Assembly (NCBI GenBank): GCA_019828565.1
Contig: JAHDYR010000005.1
Span: 248,001-312,000 of the forward strand
Direction of reading: 5' to 3'
DNA length: 64,000 nucleotides
DNA from: Carpediemonas membranifera BICM
Lineage: Eukaryota; Protista; Fornicata
Shown piece after piece: positions 20,199-28,885 of this stretch. Both the position numbers and the translations under genes were made by a program. The notes beneath the pieces were generated by a model. It was not told the DNA's origin and made no database searches. It saw nothing but the letters and a program-made list of their open reading frames with translations. Every line of letters begins with the position of its first letter. Position 1 is the stretch's first letter.

Positions 20199-22349
20199 AT
20201 GAACGCGAGGTGGTGGTTATGGGAAAGGCTCGGCGCCTCGGACGAGGTGGTCGGCTGGCTCCGTCACGGCGTACCTATCAAGCTAACAGGCACTCCCCCG
20301 CCACCCACGCCACAACGGCGCCTGGACCCACGGCTCACCCCAAAGCTCGACGAGATGGTCCGACTCGGCGTGATCTCACCCTGTACCAGCGGGCAACTCC
20401 GGCACAGTGCCCCGCTCTTCGCGGTTGCAAAGGGCGAGCACGATGTCCGCCCGGTACACGACCTACGCGACCTCAACGCAATCACTGCGGAGACGCGGGT
20501 CTTCCGGCTCTTCGGCCTAAAACGAGCAGTGCGCAACCTCAAGCGCAACGACTTCATGCTCAAGATCGACTTAGCCTCCGGCTACCACCAGATGGGTGTG
20601 GCTCCGACCGACTCCACGCTACTGGGGATCGTCCTCCCGAACGGGCAGGCGTACAGATACAACACACTAGGGTTCGGCTGGACCGCTGCCCCGTTCGTGT
20701 TCCAGTCTACGTCCATCCAGCTAGCAAAGATACTCGCGAACCGCTTCAACGTGACAATAGCGGTGTACCTCGACGACTTTCTCATCTCACATCGGTCACG
20801 TCGCCACCTAGCAGACGCCGCTCCCCAAATAGTCGCGCTCATGAGGTCGCTGGGAGCTATCCCAGGGCTCAACAAGTGCATCCTAACTCCCACACAACGC
20901 CTGGAGTACCTAGGAGTCACCATCAACACAGCCGCCGAGACACTGCAGATTTCCAAGGACAGAGCCGATCGCTATGCAACATCAATCGAGCAGGCCCTCA
21001 GGGCCGGCAGGATCGATGCAACCGAGTGGCAACGCCTACTAGGCCGCCTCTCGTTCTTCGCAAGTACGACACAGTTCGCCAGGCTCCAGCTCAGATCACT
21101 CCAGGCCCTACATCCCGCCCCGACGCTTCACATCTCGCAGCAGATGCGTCGCCAGCTCAACAGCTGGCTAGCGCTGCTCAGAGATCGTCCATCCAGACCC
21201 TTCGCTCAGGCCAGGGCAGACTGGGAGATCAAGGACGAACTCCAGCTCTCGGTCGCATCCGACGCGTCCTCCTTCGCGTGGGGCGCCTGCCTATTCAACG
21301 GCGACCAGGGCCGCTCGGCTCAAGGCCGCTTTCCTCCCGAGTTCCGAGACTCTCATATCGGAGTCAAGGAGCTCTACGCGATTGGCCAGGCTATCAAGCT
21401 CACCCCAACCCAGCGCACCAGGACCCAACTAGCTATCTTTTCGGACAACACCGCGGCCATCGCATGGGTCAACCGCCAGGGCTCCCCATGTCTCGCCGAC
21501 ACGGCCATTCGACTCCTGCAGGATATCTTCACCACGGCGAACACGAAGAATGTCGATATTCACTGCTTCCATATCGCAGGGCACCTCAATGTCCAGGCGG
21601 ACCGGCTGTCGAGATTCGCAAAGCTCGATTGGCACTCACCCCGCGAGGTACTCGAGACGATAATGGCCAAGTGGGGTCCGGCGGAGATAGACGTCACTGC
21701 ATCTCCGGACAAGAAGCTCGCACTGCCAGGATTCGTCAGGAAAGCTTGGTCCCTCGACGATCACGGCTTCCAGCGCTCCTGGACCGGCGCCAGGATCTAT
21801 CTGGCTCCGCCGACAGCGCTCTTGGGAGCGGCACATCGTCGTCTGGAGAAGATTCGGACGCCTCAGACCCCGACTACGTCCCCTCGGACGTGGAGGTCAG
21901 CGGCAATACTCCTCTTCCCCGATCTCAACTCACCCGAAGTCAGAGCGCTGAAACGGCTGTCCCAACACAAGATGTATCTCAGAGTCCACTCCTCGCACAT
22001 GCTCAACACGGAGCTATCCTGGACCGAGAGGCAAGGAAAGATCAGAATGATTGCGATGATCGTCAAGACCCGTTCGACGAACTCCTCCGCCACGACAGGC
22101 TATCTCACTTCCGAAACGAGTCATCGCGCCGCTCAGCGGCTGGCTGGGTCTCTAAGTTCGTCCTATCGCGACAGGCAGCCCTCTCCGACGCCGAACAACT
22201 CAGAGCATTCCTCCTCGCCGAGGGCGAGACCACTGGCCCGCAGAGTATCCACAGAAAGGGCTACTGGATCTGTCAAGCGGCTCCACTCGTCTCCAACTGG
22301 CGACCTCCGCCAGAAGCCAGGCAGATCATCAAGAGTGCGGAGAACGTAG
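20199..22349 (+). CDS. pol: YR-D pol: RT, RNase H, MT-like
   Basis: Motifs YLDD, SDASSFAWG, KELYAI, FSDN, ADRLSR and IYLAPPT. Confidence 0.9.
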   Translation: MNARWWLWERLGASDEVVGWLRHGVPIKLTGTPPPPTPQRRLDPRLTPKLDEMVRLGVISPCTSGQLRHSAPLFAVAKGEHDVRPVHDLRDLNAITAETRVFRLFGLKRAVRNLKRNDFMLKIDLASGYHQMGVAPTDSTLLGIVLPNGQAYRYNTLGFGWTAAPFVFQSTSIQLAKILANRFNVTIAVYLDDFLISHRSRRHLADAAPQIVALMRSLGAIPGLNKCILTPTQRLEYLGVTINTAAETLQISKDRADRYATSIEQALRAGRIDATEWQRLLGRLSFFASTTQFARLQLRSLQALHPAPTLHISQQMRRQLNSWLALLRDRPSRPFAQARADWEIKDELQLSVASDASSFAWGACLFNGDQGRSAQGRFPPEFRDSHIGVKELYAIGQAIKLTPTQRTRTQLAIFSDNTAAIAWVNRQGSPCLADTAIRLLQDIFTTANTKNVDIHCFHIAGHLNVQADRLSRFAKLDWHSPREVLETIMAKWGPAEIDVTASPDKKLALPGFVRKAWSLDDHGFQRSWTGARIYLAPPTALLGAAHRRLEKIRTPQTPTTSPRTWRSAAILLFPDLNSPEVRALKRLSQHKMYLRVHSSHMLNTELSWTERQGKIRMIAMIVKTRSTNSSATTGYLTSETSHRAAQRLAGSLSSSYRDRQPSPTPNNSEHSSSPRARPLARRVSTERATGSVKRLHSSPTGDLRQKPGRSSRVRRT

Positions 22350-22975
22350 CATCTCTCGACGGCCTAACAGGAGGCGCACTACCGGTGACCAGAGCCCAGG
22401 TCCGCAAGGTCGTCGACAGGCGACGCTCCTCACCGAAAGCGTTCCAGGTAGCGCTGTTCGCTGCACTTACATTCATCTCAGTCAGCCGGGGAGGCGAGAT
22501 CTTCGGCCTGACGAGAGGCGACATCTCTTTCGATGAACAGGGCAACGCTATGCTCTGGTTCCCCCGCACCAAGACGGCCAAGGGCATCCATAAGCTTATT
22601 CCTAACAGGTCATGGGACCGCTTCAACCCGGCAAGAGCCCTCAAGGCCTGGGTCCCAACTGCGACGCGACACAATTCCGACTCGATCTGGCGCACGATCG
22701 GTCCATCGGGAGGTATATCACTCACGTGTCCACTTGCAGCGTCCACCCTCCGCACATGGATCCACAGCGCCTTCGGCCCGAGCGTTTCATGGCACTCCTT
22801 CCGCAAGGGGGCAGCTACTGAGCTGGCAGTGGCCAACACAAACACGGAGGTCCTCCTTTCAATGGGCACGTGGTCATCTACGAAGAGCATGCTGAGGTAC
22901 ATGGGTAACGGGGTACGCACCCATCCAGGGGTCCAGGGTCACCTGGCCTCAATTCTACTACAACCACCACTCTAA
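20210..22975 (+). CDS. YR-D tyrosine recombinase (overlaps pol)
   Basis: Motifs VSRGGE, TKT, HSFRKG, GTW and LRY. Confidence 0.9.
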   Translation: MVVMGKARRLGRGGRLAPSRRTYQANRHSPATHATTAPGPTAHPKARRDGPTRRDLTLYQRATPAQCPALRGCKGRARCPPGTRPTRPQRNHCGDAGLPALRPKTSSAQPQAQRLHAQDRLSLRLPPDGCGSDRLHATGDRPPERAGVQIQHTRVRLDRCPVRVPVYVHPASKDTREPLQRDNSGVPRRLSHLTSVTSPPSRRRSPNSRAHEVAGSYPRAQQVHPNSHTTPGVPRSHHQHSRRDTADFQGQSRSLCNINRAGPQGRQDRCNRVATPTRPPLVLRKYDTVRQAPAQITPGPTSRPDASHLAADASPAQQLASAAQRSSIQTLRSGQGRLGDQGRTPALGRIRRVLLRVGRLPIQRRPGPLGSRPLSSRVPRLSYRSQGALRDWPGYQAHPNPAHQDPTSYLFGQHRGHRMGQPPGLPMSRRHGHSTPAGYLHHGEHEECRYSLLPYRRAPQCPGGPAVEIRKARLALTPRGTRDDNGQVGSGGDRRHCISGQEARTARIRQESLVPRRSRLPALLDRRQDLSGSADSALGSGTSSSGEDSDASDPDYVPSDVEVSGNTPLPRSQLTRSQSAETAVPTQDVSQSPLLAHAQHGAILDREARKDQNDCDDRQDPFDELLRHDRLSHFRNESSRRSAAGWVSKFVLSRQAALSDAEQLRAFLLAEGETTGPQSIHRKGYWICQAAPLVSNWRPPPEARQIIKSAENVASLDGLTGGALPVTRAQVRKVVDRRRSSPKAFQVALFAALTFISVSRGGEIFGLTRGDISFDEQGNAMLWFPRTKTAKGIHKLIPNRSWDRFNPARALKAWVPTATRHNSDSIWRTIGPSGGISLTCPLAASTLRTWIHSAFGPSVSWHSFRKGAATELAVANTNTEVLLSMGTWSSTKSMLRYMGNGVRTHPGVQGHLASILLQPPL

Positions 22976-23194
22976 ATCACGACGGGAGTCGTGGGGCAGT
23001 GACGATTAGCACGGTACTGACATTCTTGGACGCGAACCCACGAGGGGTTGGTCGGGGGGCCCACTTGCGTGCCTGTGGGCCAACCATTGTTAGCACGTTG
23101 CCGGCGGGATATCCCCGTTGGTTAATGAAAAGAATGTCATGAGGCTAGGATAGCTAGCCTAGGATACTCTAGCTAGCCACTCGGAAACAAAATC

Positions 23195-23265
23195 TGCATC
23201 AGCCGGGATTCGAACCCGGGTCCACACGATGGCAACGTGCGATGATACCCCTACACCACTGATGC
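23195..23265 (-). tRNA. tRNA-Gly(GCC)
   Basis: 71-nt cloverleaf GCATCAG...CTGATGC-A with anticodon arm GCACG-TTGCCAT-CGTGT and T-loop GGTTCGAATCC, followed by TTTT. Confidence 0.95.
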
Positions 23266-23308
23266 GATGGAGACGTCAGCTCCGGCGTGAGATAATGGAG
23301 CATGGGCG

Positions 23309-23803
23309 ATGGATCTGCCTGATTCGATTTATTCGAGCCGAACGAATCGGGATCGAATCAATTACGGCCAGATGGCTGAAGAAACCGAGAACAACACCGG
23401 GGACCGCACGCCTGAAGCAGAGAAGATCCCAGATCCGCAGAAGCGCATCAACGAACTAACAGGCGAGTTATTGACGCTTCGAGATTTAATGTCGCTGGAG
23501 TGGCGCCACCCGGACTCACTAGCCATGCGTAACGAGTCCGAATGGCTGCAGATGCTCTACAGGGACATCGTCCTCCACCCGAGCTGGACAACCGAGACGA
23601 TCAAGCTTCAGCTAATGCTCCGTCATGAGCTTCTCCTCATTAAGGACATCAATGGCTTTCACTACGCCGACGCAGTCAAGGACTACGTCAGAGCCCGACG
23701 TTCCAGGATCCGTGATTCCGAGAGCCTCACCGTCCTCATCGCAGAGGCCCGCTCCAGTGCCAGAGTCGCCCCCAAGAGCGATAAGCGCCCCAGAAAAAAC
23801 TAA
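23309..23803 (+). CDS. gag: YR-E gag-like ORF1 (start may be the ATG at 23372)
   Basis: MRNESEWL...RHELLLIKD is similar to the YR-H and YR-J gags. Confidence 0.75.
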   Translation: MDLPDSIYSSRTNRDRINYGQMAEETENNTGDRTPEAEKIPDPQKRINELTGELLTLRDLMSLEWRHPDSLAMRNESEWLQMLYRDIVLHPSWTTETIKLQLMLRHELLLIKDINGFHYADAVKDYVRARRSRIRDSESLTVLIAEARSSARVAPKSDKRPRKN

Positions 23804-26644
23804 TTGTGCAAGACCATCAATCAACCGAACCACCACTCCCCACAACCCGTCGAGCGGGTTCTCTCCGCCACTCAGTGGCCGCGTGGCGGCGCTTGGGAGC
23901 GCCATCCGACGTGGTCTCTTGGGTTGGCGACGGCATACCCATCGAACTGACACAACAACCGAGCAATCCTCGAATATTCCATCTCCCAGAGAAGGACTTA
24001 GCCAAGCTCGATCCGCTGGTGCGCGAAATGCTCTCATCGGGTGCCATACACCGCGTCTCATCACCACCGAAGCTCACATGTCCTCTCTTTCCAGTCCCGA
24101 AGGGTACAGACAAATGGAGAGCAGTCCACAACCTCATACCGCTCAACAAGGTCTCCAAAGAGCGCCGTACGTTCCGCTTGTTCGGTGCCAAGAGAGCAGT
24201 TTTAAGCCTTGCGCCAGGAGACATGATGATGTCGCTAGATCTCCATGCAGGCTACCACCACGTGTCCATTCACCCATCATCGCAGTCCCTCCTAGGCTTT
24301 ATTCACCGCGGCGTCCACTATCAGTTCACAGTCCTCCCATTCGGATGGTCCGCGGCGCCATTCTACTTCCAGAAGATCATGATTACCGTAGCGAAGATTA
24401 TCAAGCGCCATTGCCGCGGTGTAGGAGTTGCCGTCTATCTGGACGACCTTCTATTCTTCGGGAAGAAGAAGGCCCTTCTGCGCGAGCGCCAGCGCCTCCT
24501 GGACATCATGAATCAGCTAGGCTTTATCATCAACCACGACAAGTCAGTCCTAGAGCCCACCACAGTCCTGACATACCTCGGCATGCGCATCGACTCAGCT
24601 GCTCGGGTCATTTCCCTAGACTCGAAGAAGCGCAGCAGATACCGCCAATTGGTCGAGAGTGCGCTGATAGAAGGCAATATGAGCAACAAGAGGTGGCAAT
24701 CCCTCATCGGGAAGCTATCCTTCGCATCTCTGTGCTTCCCCGACGGCCGCGCATGGCTGAGACCTCTTCAGACAGCCACCGAGACGGAGAAAGGCTTTAC
24801 GAAAGCCGTCCTCAAGGCCCTATCGTACTGGAAGCAACTGCTGAGCAGCGAAGATCATCCTCCCCGCTCCTTCGACTCCCTGATCAGCATGTGGGGCGCA
24901 AGCCCGGCAATCGACATCCACATCCAGTCGGACGCCTCAGAAAAGGGCTTAGCTGCCATTATCAGGGACGGCTGCAAGCAGACGATCGTATCCTCCTCCG
25001 TCTCCCCCAACAGCCCGCTCCAGAACGAGTCCATTGCGGTGAAAGAGTTCTTTGCGGCGACGAACGCCGTGGAGACGCTCCTTCCACATCTAACGGACAG
25101 GGAGATCACCGTATTCATCGACAACAGCAACGCCTGCGCCTGGTTGAACAAGCAGGGATCAACGCGAGCCCCGCCGATGATCCAGGACGCTTGTCTCACC
25201 CTCTTTTCCCGCTTGGCCGCCTGCCAGATCACACTGAGAGCCCAGCACGTCAGCGGGCACCTCAATGTCTCCGCAGATGCTCTGTCGAGATACCAGCGAC
25301 TGGAATGGCGGACACCACGAGGGATCCTCGCTGCCATACTGGAGGAGTGGGGCCCTCTCGAGGTCGACGTGACTGGTGGGAGGGACAAGGAGTTACTACT
25401 TCCCGGCTTCGTCGAGCGTTCGCTCACGCTGGCCGAGAGCGGCATGAGCTCGGAGTGGCGCAGCAAGAGAGTCTTCGCAGCACCACCATACGCCCTTCTT
25501 CCAGCCGTAGCCAACCGACTGGCCCTCATTCGCGCCTCACCAGCCTCACATCCGAGGCATACCAAGTCTGCAGTGGTCGTGGTGATGCCCGACGTCCAGT
25601 CCGAGGCGGTACGCCGCATCAAGGGCCTCTCCCCCTTCAAGAGAACGTTCAGGGTCTACGCGGAGGACATGAAGGACTCAGAGCTCCAGAACATCCTCGT
25701 GGGGGAAAAGCCGCGGCTCCTCGCCGTCTTCGTGCCGACGACGCCGCTTTCAACGCAGTACTAGGTCTAGACGAGCTCAAAGGCTACGTGGCAACGACCA
25801 GGCGTGACACGGCGGGTGTCGTCTCCCAGTTCCTGACCTTCCGAGAGGCCAACCCGGCATCGGACCGCGACACATTCCTGGCGTGGCTCGCTCGCGAGGC
25901 TGAGCTAGTAGGCCCAGACCGTCTGGCGCACCGGGGCTCGCTGGTGGTAAGGTTTGCACCCCTGGTATCAACGTGGGCACCCCCAGCTGCTCAAAAGGCA
26001 TTCATCACCGAAGCGAAGCGCGCTACAGTCCCCAGGCCGCAACGCAAGGTCCCAGTGCGGGCTGCACGCATCCACCGCCTGATCCCCAAACTCGCCGGCC
26101 GCGACGAGGAGTTCCACCAAGCCTTCTTATTCGGCGTCGTTGCCTACGCAACAATGTCGAGGCGCAGTGAGATCCTACCCCTCACTCCTCGGGATATCAG
26201 GGTGAAAGCAGGACTCGGCGTCTCTATCACCATCGACTCCACCAAGACAGGGCTTCGCGCAGTTAAGAAGTTCATCCCGTGGGTCGAAGGCGCGCTCAAT
26301 CCGGCAGGGATGCTCATGGCTCACCTGCAGCGCTGGTGCCAGGACAGAGACGCCACCATCTGGAAGTCCCCCAACCTCGATGGGTCGAGGCTGGACCGAG
26401 GGCCGTTGCCCCCGCTATGCTCCAAGACAAGCTGAAGCAGGTCTTTGGAGACCCAGTTGGATCCCATAGCTTCCGTCGCGGGGCCGCAGCGGACGCTGTA
26501 CTTCGCGGAATGCCCACTCCAGTGGTCATGGCCCTCGGTACTTGGAAGTCCGAGAGTTCCCTCCAGAGCTACATCGCCGAAGCGGTGCGGCTCGACCAGG
26601 AGACAGCTGTGACGAGGTGCGAATGGTTCGCGCACCTCGAATAG
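23625..26644 (+). CDS. YR-E tyrosine recombinase (overlaps pol; frameshift near 26415)
   Basis: MSRRSE and TKT lie in the first frame; HSFRRG, GTW and SY lie in 26279-26644. Confidence 0.85.
23806..25764 (+). CDS. pol: YR-E pol: RT, RNase H, MT-like
   Basis: Motifs LDLHAGY, LPFGW, YLDD, SDAS, FIDN, ADALSR and VFAAPPY. Confidence 0.9.
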   Translation: MQDHQSTEPPLPTTRRAGSLRHSVAAWRRLGAPSDVVSWVGDGIPIELTQQPSNPRIFHLPEKDLAKLDPLVREMLSSGAIHRVSSPPKLTCPLFPVPKGTDKWRAVHNLIPLNKVSKERRTFRLFGAKRAVLSLAPGDMMMSLDLHAGYHHVSIHPSSQSLLGFIHRGVHYQFTVLPFGWSAAPFYFQKIMITVAKIIKRHCRGVGVAVYLDDLLFFGKKKALLRERQRLLDIMNQLGFIINHDKSVLEPTTVLTYLGMRIDSAARVISLDSKKRSRYRQLVESALIEGNMSNKRWQSLIGKLSFASLCFPDGRAWLRPLQTATETEKGFTKAVLKALSYWKQLLSSEDHPPRSFDSLISMWGASPAIDIHIQSDASEKGLAAIIRDGCKQTIVSSSVSPNSPLQNESIAVKEFFAATNAVETLLPHLTDREITVFIDNSNACAWLNKQGSTRAPPMIQDACLTLFSRLAACQITLRAQHVSGHLNVSADALSRYQRLEWRTPRGILAAILEEWGPLEVDVTGGRDKELLLPGFVERSLTLAESGMSSEWRSKRVFAAPPYALLPAVANRLALIRASPASHPRHTKSAVVVVMPDVQSEAVRRIKGLSPFKRTFRVYAEDMKDSELQNILVGEKPRLLAVFVPTTPLSTQY

Positions 26645-27148
26645 CAGTCGTCTCCTTCCTTTACTCGTACGGGTACGAGTGGTCCATAAAGATTGAATGG
26701 TCACCATCGGGATGGTGTAGGCGTGCGGGCGGGAAGCCCCAGGAGAATTCATAAGTGAATGTGAGTGTCTGCCTAGTCAGACGCGGACCACTGTCCAAGA
26801 AGCGGGCAAGGGTGCCCGGACGTGCGGGAGCACTTGGGGCTTGGAGCCCCGTTTACGTTTCCCAGCCCGATGGGCGCGCATCCGTCTCGGAGGCGCCATC
26901 CTGGTGTTGGCCATCTGGTGCCTTAAAATGCGAGGCCTTAAAATGCCTCAGAATTCGCGCCAAAATGGCCAACGCCAACGAGGAGCTTATTGCGAAGATT
27001 GACAAGCAGGACAAGCTTATTAAAGCTTTAACCGCCAGAATGGCGGAGCAGGAGGAGAAGCAAGAAGATCTAAGAGTGTGATATTGTGAGAACCAAACTA
27101 AATGACGCATTCCAAAAGGATTTTTGATTCATTCAAAGGAAAGTTGGA

Positions 27149-27619
27149 ATGCCTTGTACTATATGCCGCGCAACAGGCCATCACGCCGGAACCTGCCCGC
27201 TTGTTACCCTTAAAAACAAGCTAGATGGTGGGTGTAGCATTTTTGGGACAATGCGAGACATACTGACGGCGAATGGGACAGTGAAGCGCCTTCCGGTTGA
27301 GAGAATCGCTTCATGGGCGGTTCAAGTTATCCTCGACAAGGCAGATATGACTGAGATTCCAATGGGCCTTTCGCATCGCGAATACAGCCGTTCATCATCC
27401 CAGTCATCCGGGTCCTTCATCTCTGTATCATCACCACCGGCTCTTCCAGTCGACGCAAGCTTCGTGCATGTTCCTGTGCCTACTGAAGCAGTAGCTGATC
27501 TCTATACGTGGCTACACAACAGGCGCCTGGCAGCTGGTCGCGTCAGTACTGTCTCAGCATCTCAGGCGCTGGATGCGTCTGGGTTGGACGGTACAGAGGA
27601 AGACGACGTGGAAGAATAA
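27149..27619 (+). CDS. Transposon accessory ORF with an N-terminal CCHC zinc knuckle
   Basis: MPCTICRATGHHAGTC fits Cx2Cx4Hx4C; lies between the TIRs. Confidence 0.65.
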   Translation: MPCTICRATGHHAGTCPLVTLKNKLDGGCSIFGTMRDILTANGTVKRLPVERIASWAVQVILDKADMTEIPMGLSHREYSRSSSQSSGSFISVSSPPALPVDASFVHVPVPTEAVADLYTWLHNRRLAAGRVSTVSASQALDASGLDGTEEDDVEE

Positions 27620-27711
27620 ACCTTTGGTTGCACCTCTTGATCGTTTATTATCCTCAGTGTTGCCCATGGTCCGTGTATGGCGCCTTGGAGGTGATGACAT
27701 AAACTGCACGT

Positions 27712-28667
27712 TTACCAATACCCCACTTTACGGAACAATGCGGGCAAGTTGACAAGTTCTGACACGCTATCGAAGGCTTCGGTGATGTATGGCAGGGCAT
27801 CTTCGTTCCTGCCACGGTTTTTGATCACTTCTCTCTTCACACAGGCAAACACTGTCTCAATGGGGTTCAAAAAGGAGCATAGCCAGGTAGAAAGAAGAAG
27901 GTTACTCCGTACTCCTTGCTCAGTGGCTCATACAGCTCAGCGCGTCCCGTCTTATGACTCCGTGCGTTATCGAGCACCATGACCTTGTGCTGACCGCGGA
28001 TACGCTCTAAGAAGCGACGTAGAACAGTAAAGAAGTCGTCCGCGTTGTACGTTCCCTCGGTGATAGCCCGGTCTATGATCCCATTTACGCCGAGGAGGGC
28101 GCATACTGAAACGCGCTTGCCCACAACTTTCCCGCTGGCCCTGCTCACCGAGTCGCCCACGGCCATCCACCCCTTGGTTCGTGCCTGATGGGGGTCGAAG
28201 GAGGTCTCGTCTAAGAAGACAAGATCTTTGAACGCGTGCTGAGGGCGGATTACCGTGGCGTACTCGGCCCAGAACTCACCGATACGTGTGGGGTCGCTCT
28301 CATACCACATCTTGAGGCCCAGCTTGTAGTTGTAGCGGTGCTTTTTGAGCCAGCGGCGGAGGTGAGATACGGAGGGAGGGTCTTCTACCCAGCCTGCTAG
28401 GATGCCTCGAAGATCAGCAGCAGTGAACTGTCTGTCTTTATCCTCGCACCTAGCAACAGCTCGCATTATCAACTTGTCGTGCTTCATAGTCGATTTGTGT
28501 TCCCGCTTCCGCTTCTTGATCGTTCCTTGGTGCGTATAGTACAACCGTTTCCAACGTGTGACTGTTGACCGGCTTATTATGCCGAGTTGCTTCATTATAT
28601 CTTTCTCGGAGGCCCCTTGGTCCATCATAAGACCAAAACGTATTCGCGTCTCAATCCCATAGGCCAT
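27712..28667 (-). CDS. DDE transposase (frameshift in a T-run near 27870)
   Basis: HTH (ISRSTVTRW), FLDET, VLDNARSH and YAPF|LNPIE. Confidence 0.92.
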
Positions 28668-28885
28668 GAGAATCAATACAATTATGACGCATGAAGTCGA
28701 GAATGAATGCGTCATTTATTCTGGCTTCGACAATATATACATATAATATATATACATATAATTACATATAATTACCCTCTACATATAATCCCCTGATCTC
28801 GATACGGTCAATGGCCGTCTCGACTCGACACAATTGGTGTCGCCATATAAAGCAGTGCACCCTTCACAGTGTTAACACTGCGGTA

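Larger units (their letters stand above)
13183..23160 (+). mobile_element. YR-D, interrupted by Gy1
   Basis: gag at 13305-13859; pol and YR resume after the Gy1 3' LTR; GATG target-site duplication. Confidence 0.85.
23160..26700 (+). mobile_element. YR-E tyrosine-recombinase retrotransposon (ends approximate)
   Basis: gag, pol and overlapping YR are all present. Confidence 0.85.
27084..28733 (-). mobile_element. IS630/Tc1/mariner-superfamily DNA transposon (DD37E) with two convergent ORFs
   Basis: 29-bp imperfect TIRs (TTGT...TAAATGACGCATTC) and TA duplication at 27082-83 and 28734-35. Confidence 0.92.

Noticed and set aside
27149-27619. TnpB/Fanzor cargo in the IS630-like transposon
   Set aside because: Only 156 aa, with no RuvC motifs.
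28734-28790. TA-rich tandem repeat or CRISPR-like array
   Set aside because: It is low-complexity sequence of the Gy2 LTR, repeated at 33041-33090; no repeat-spacer structure was seen anywhere in the window.
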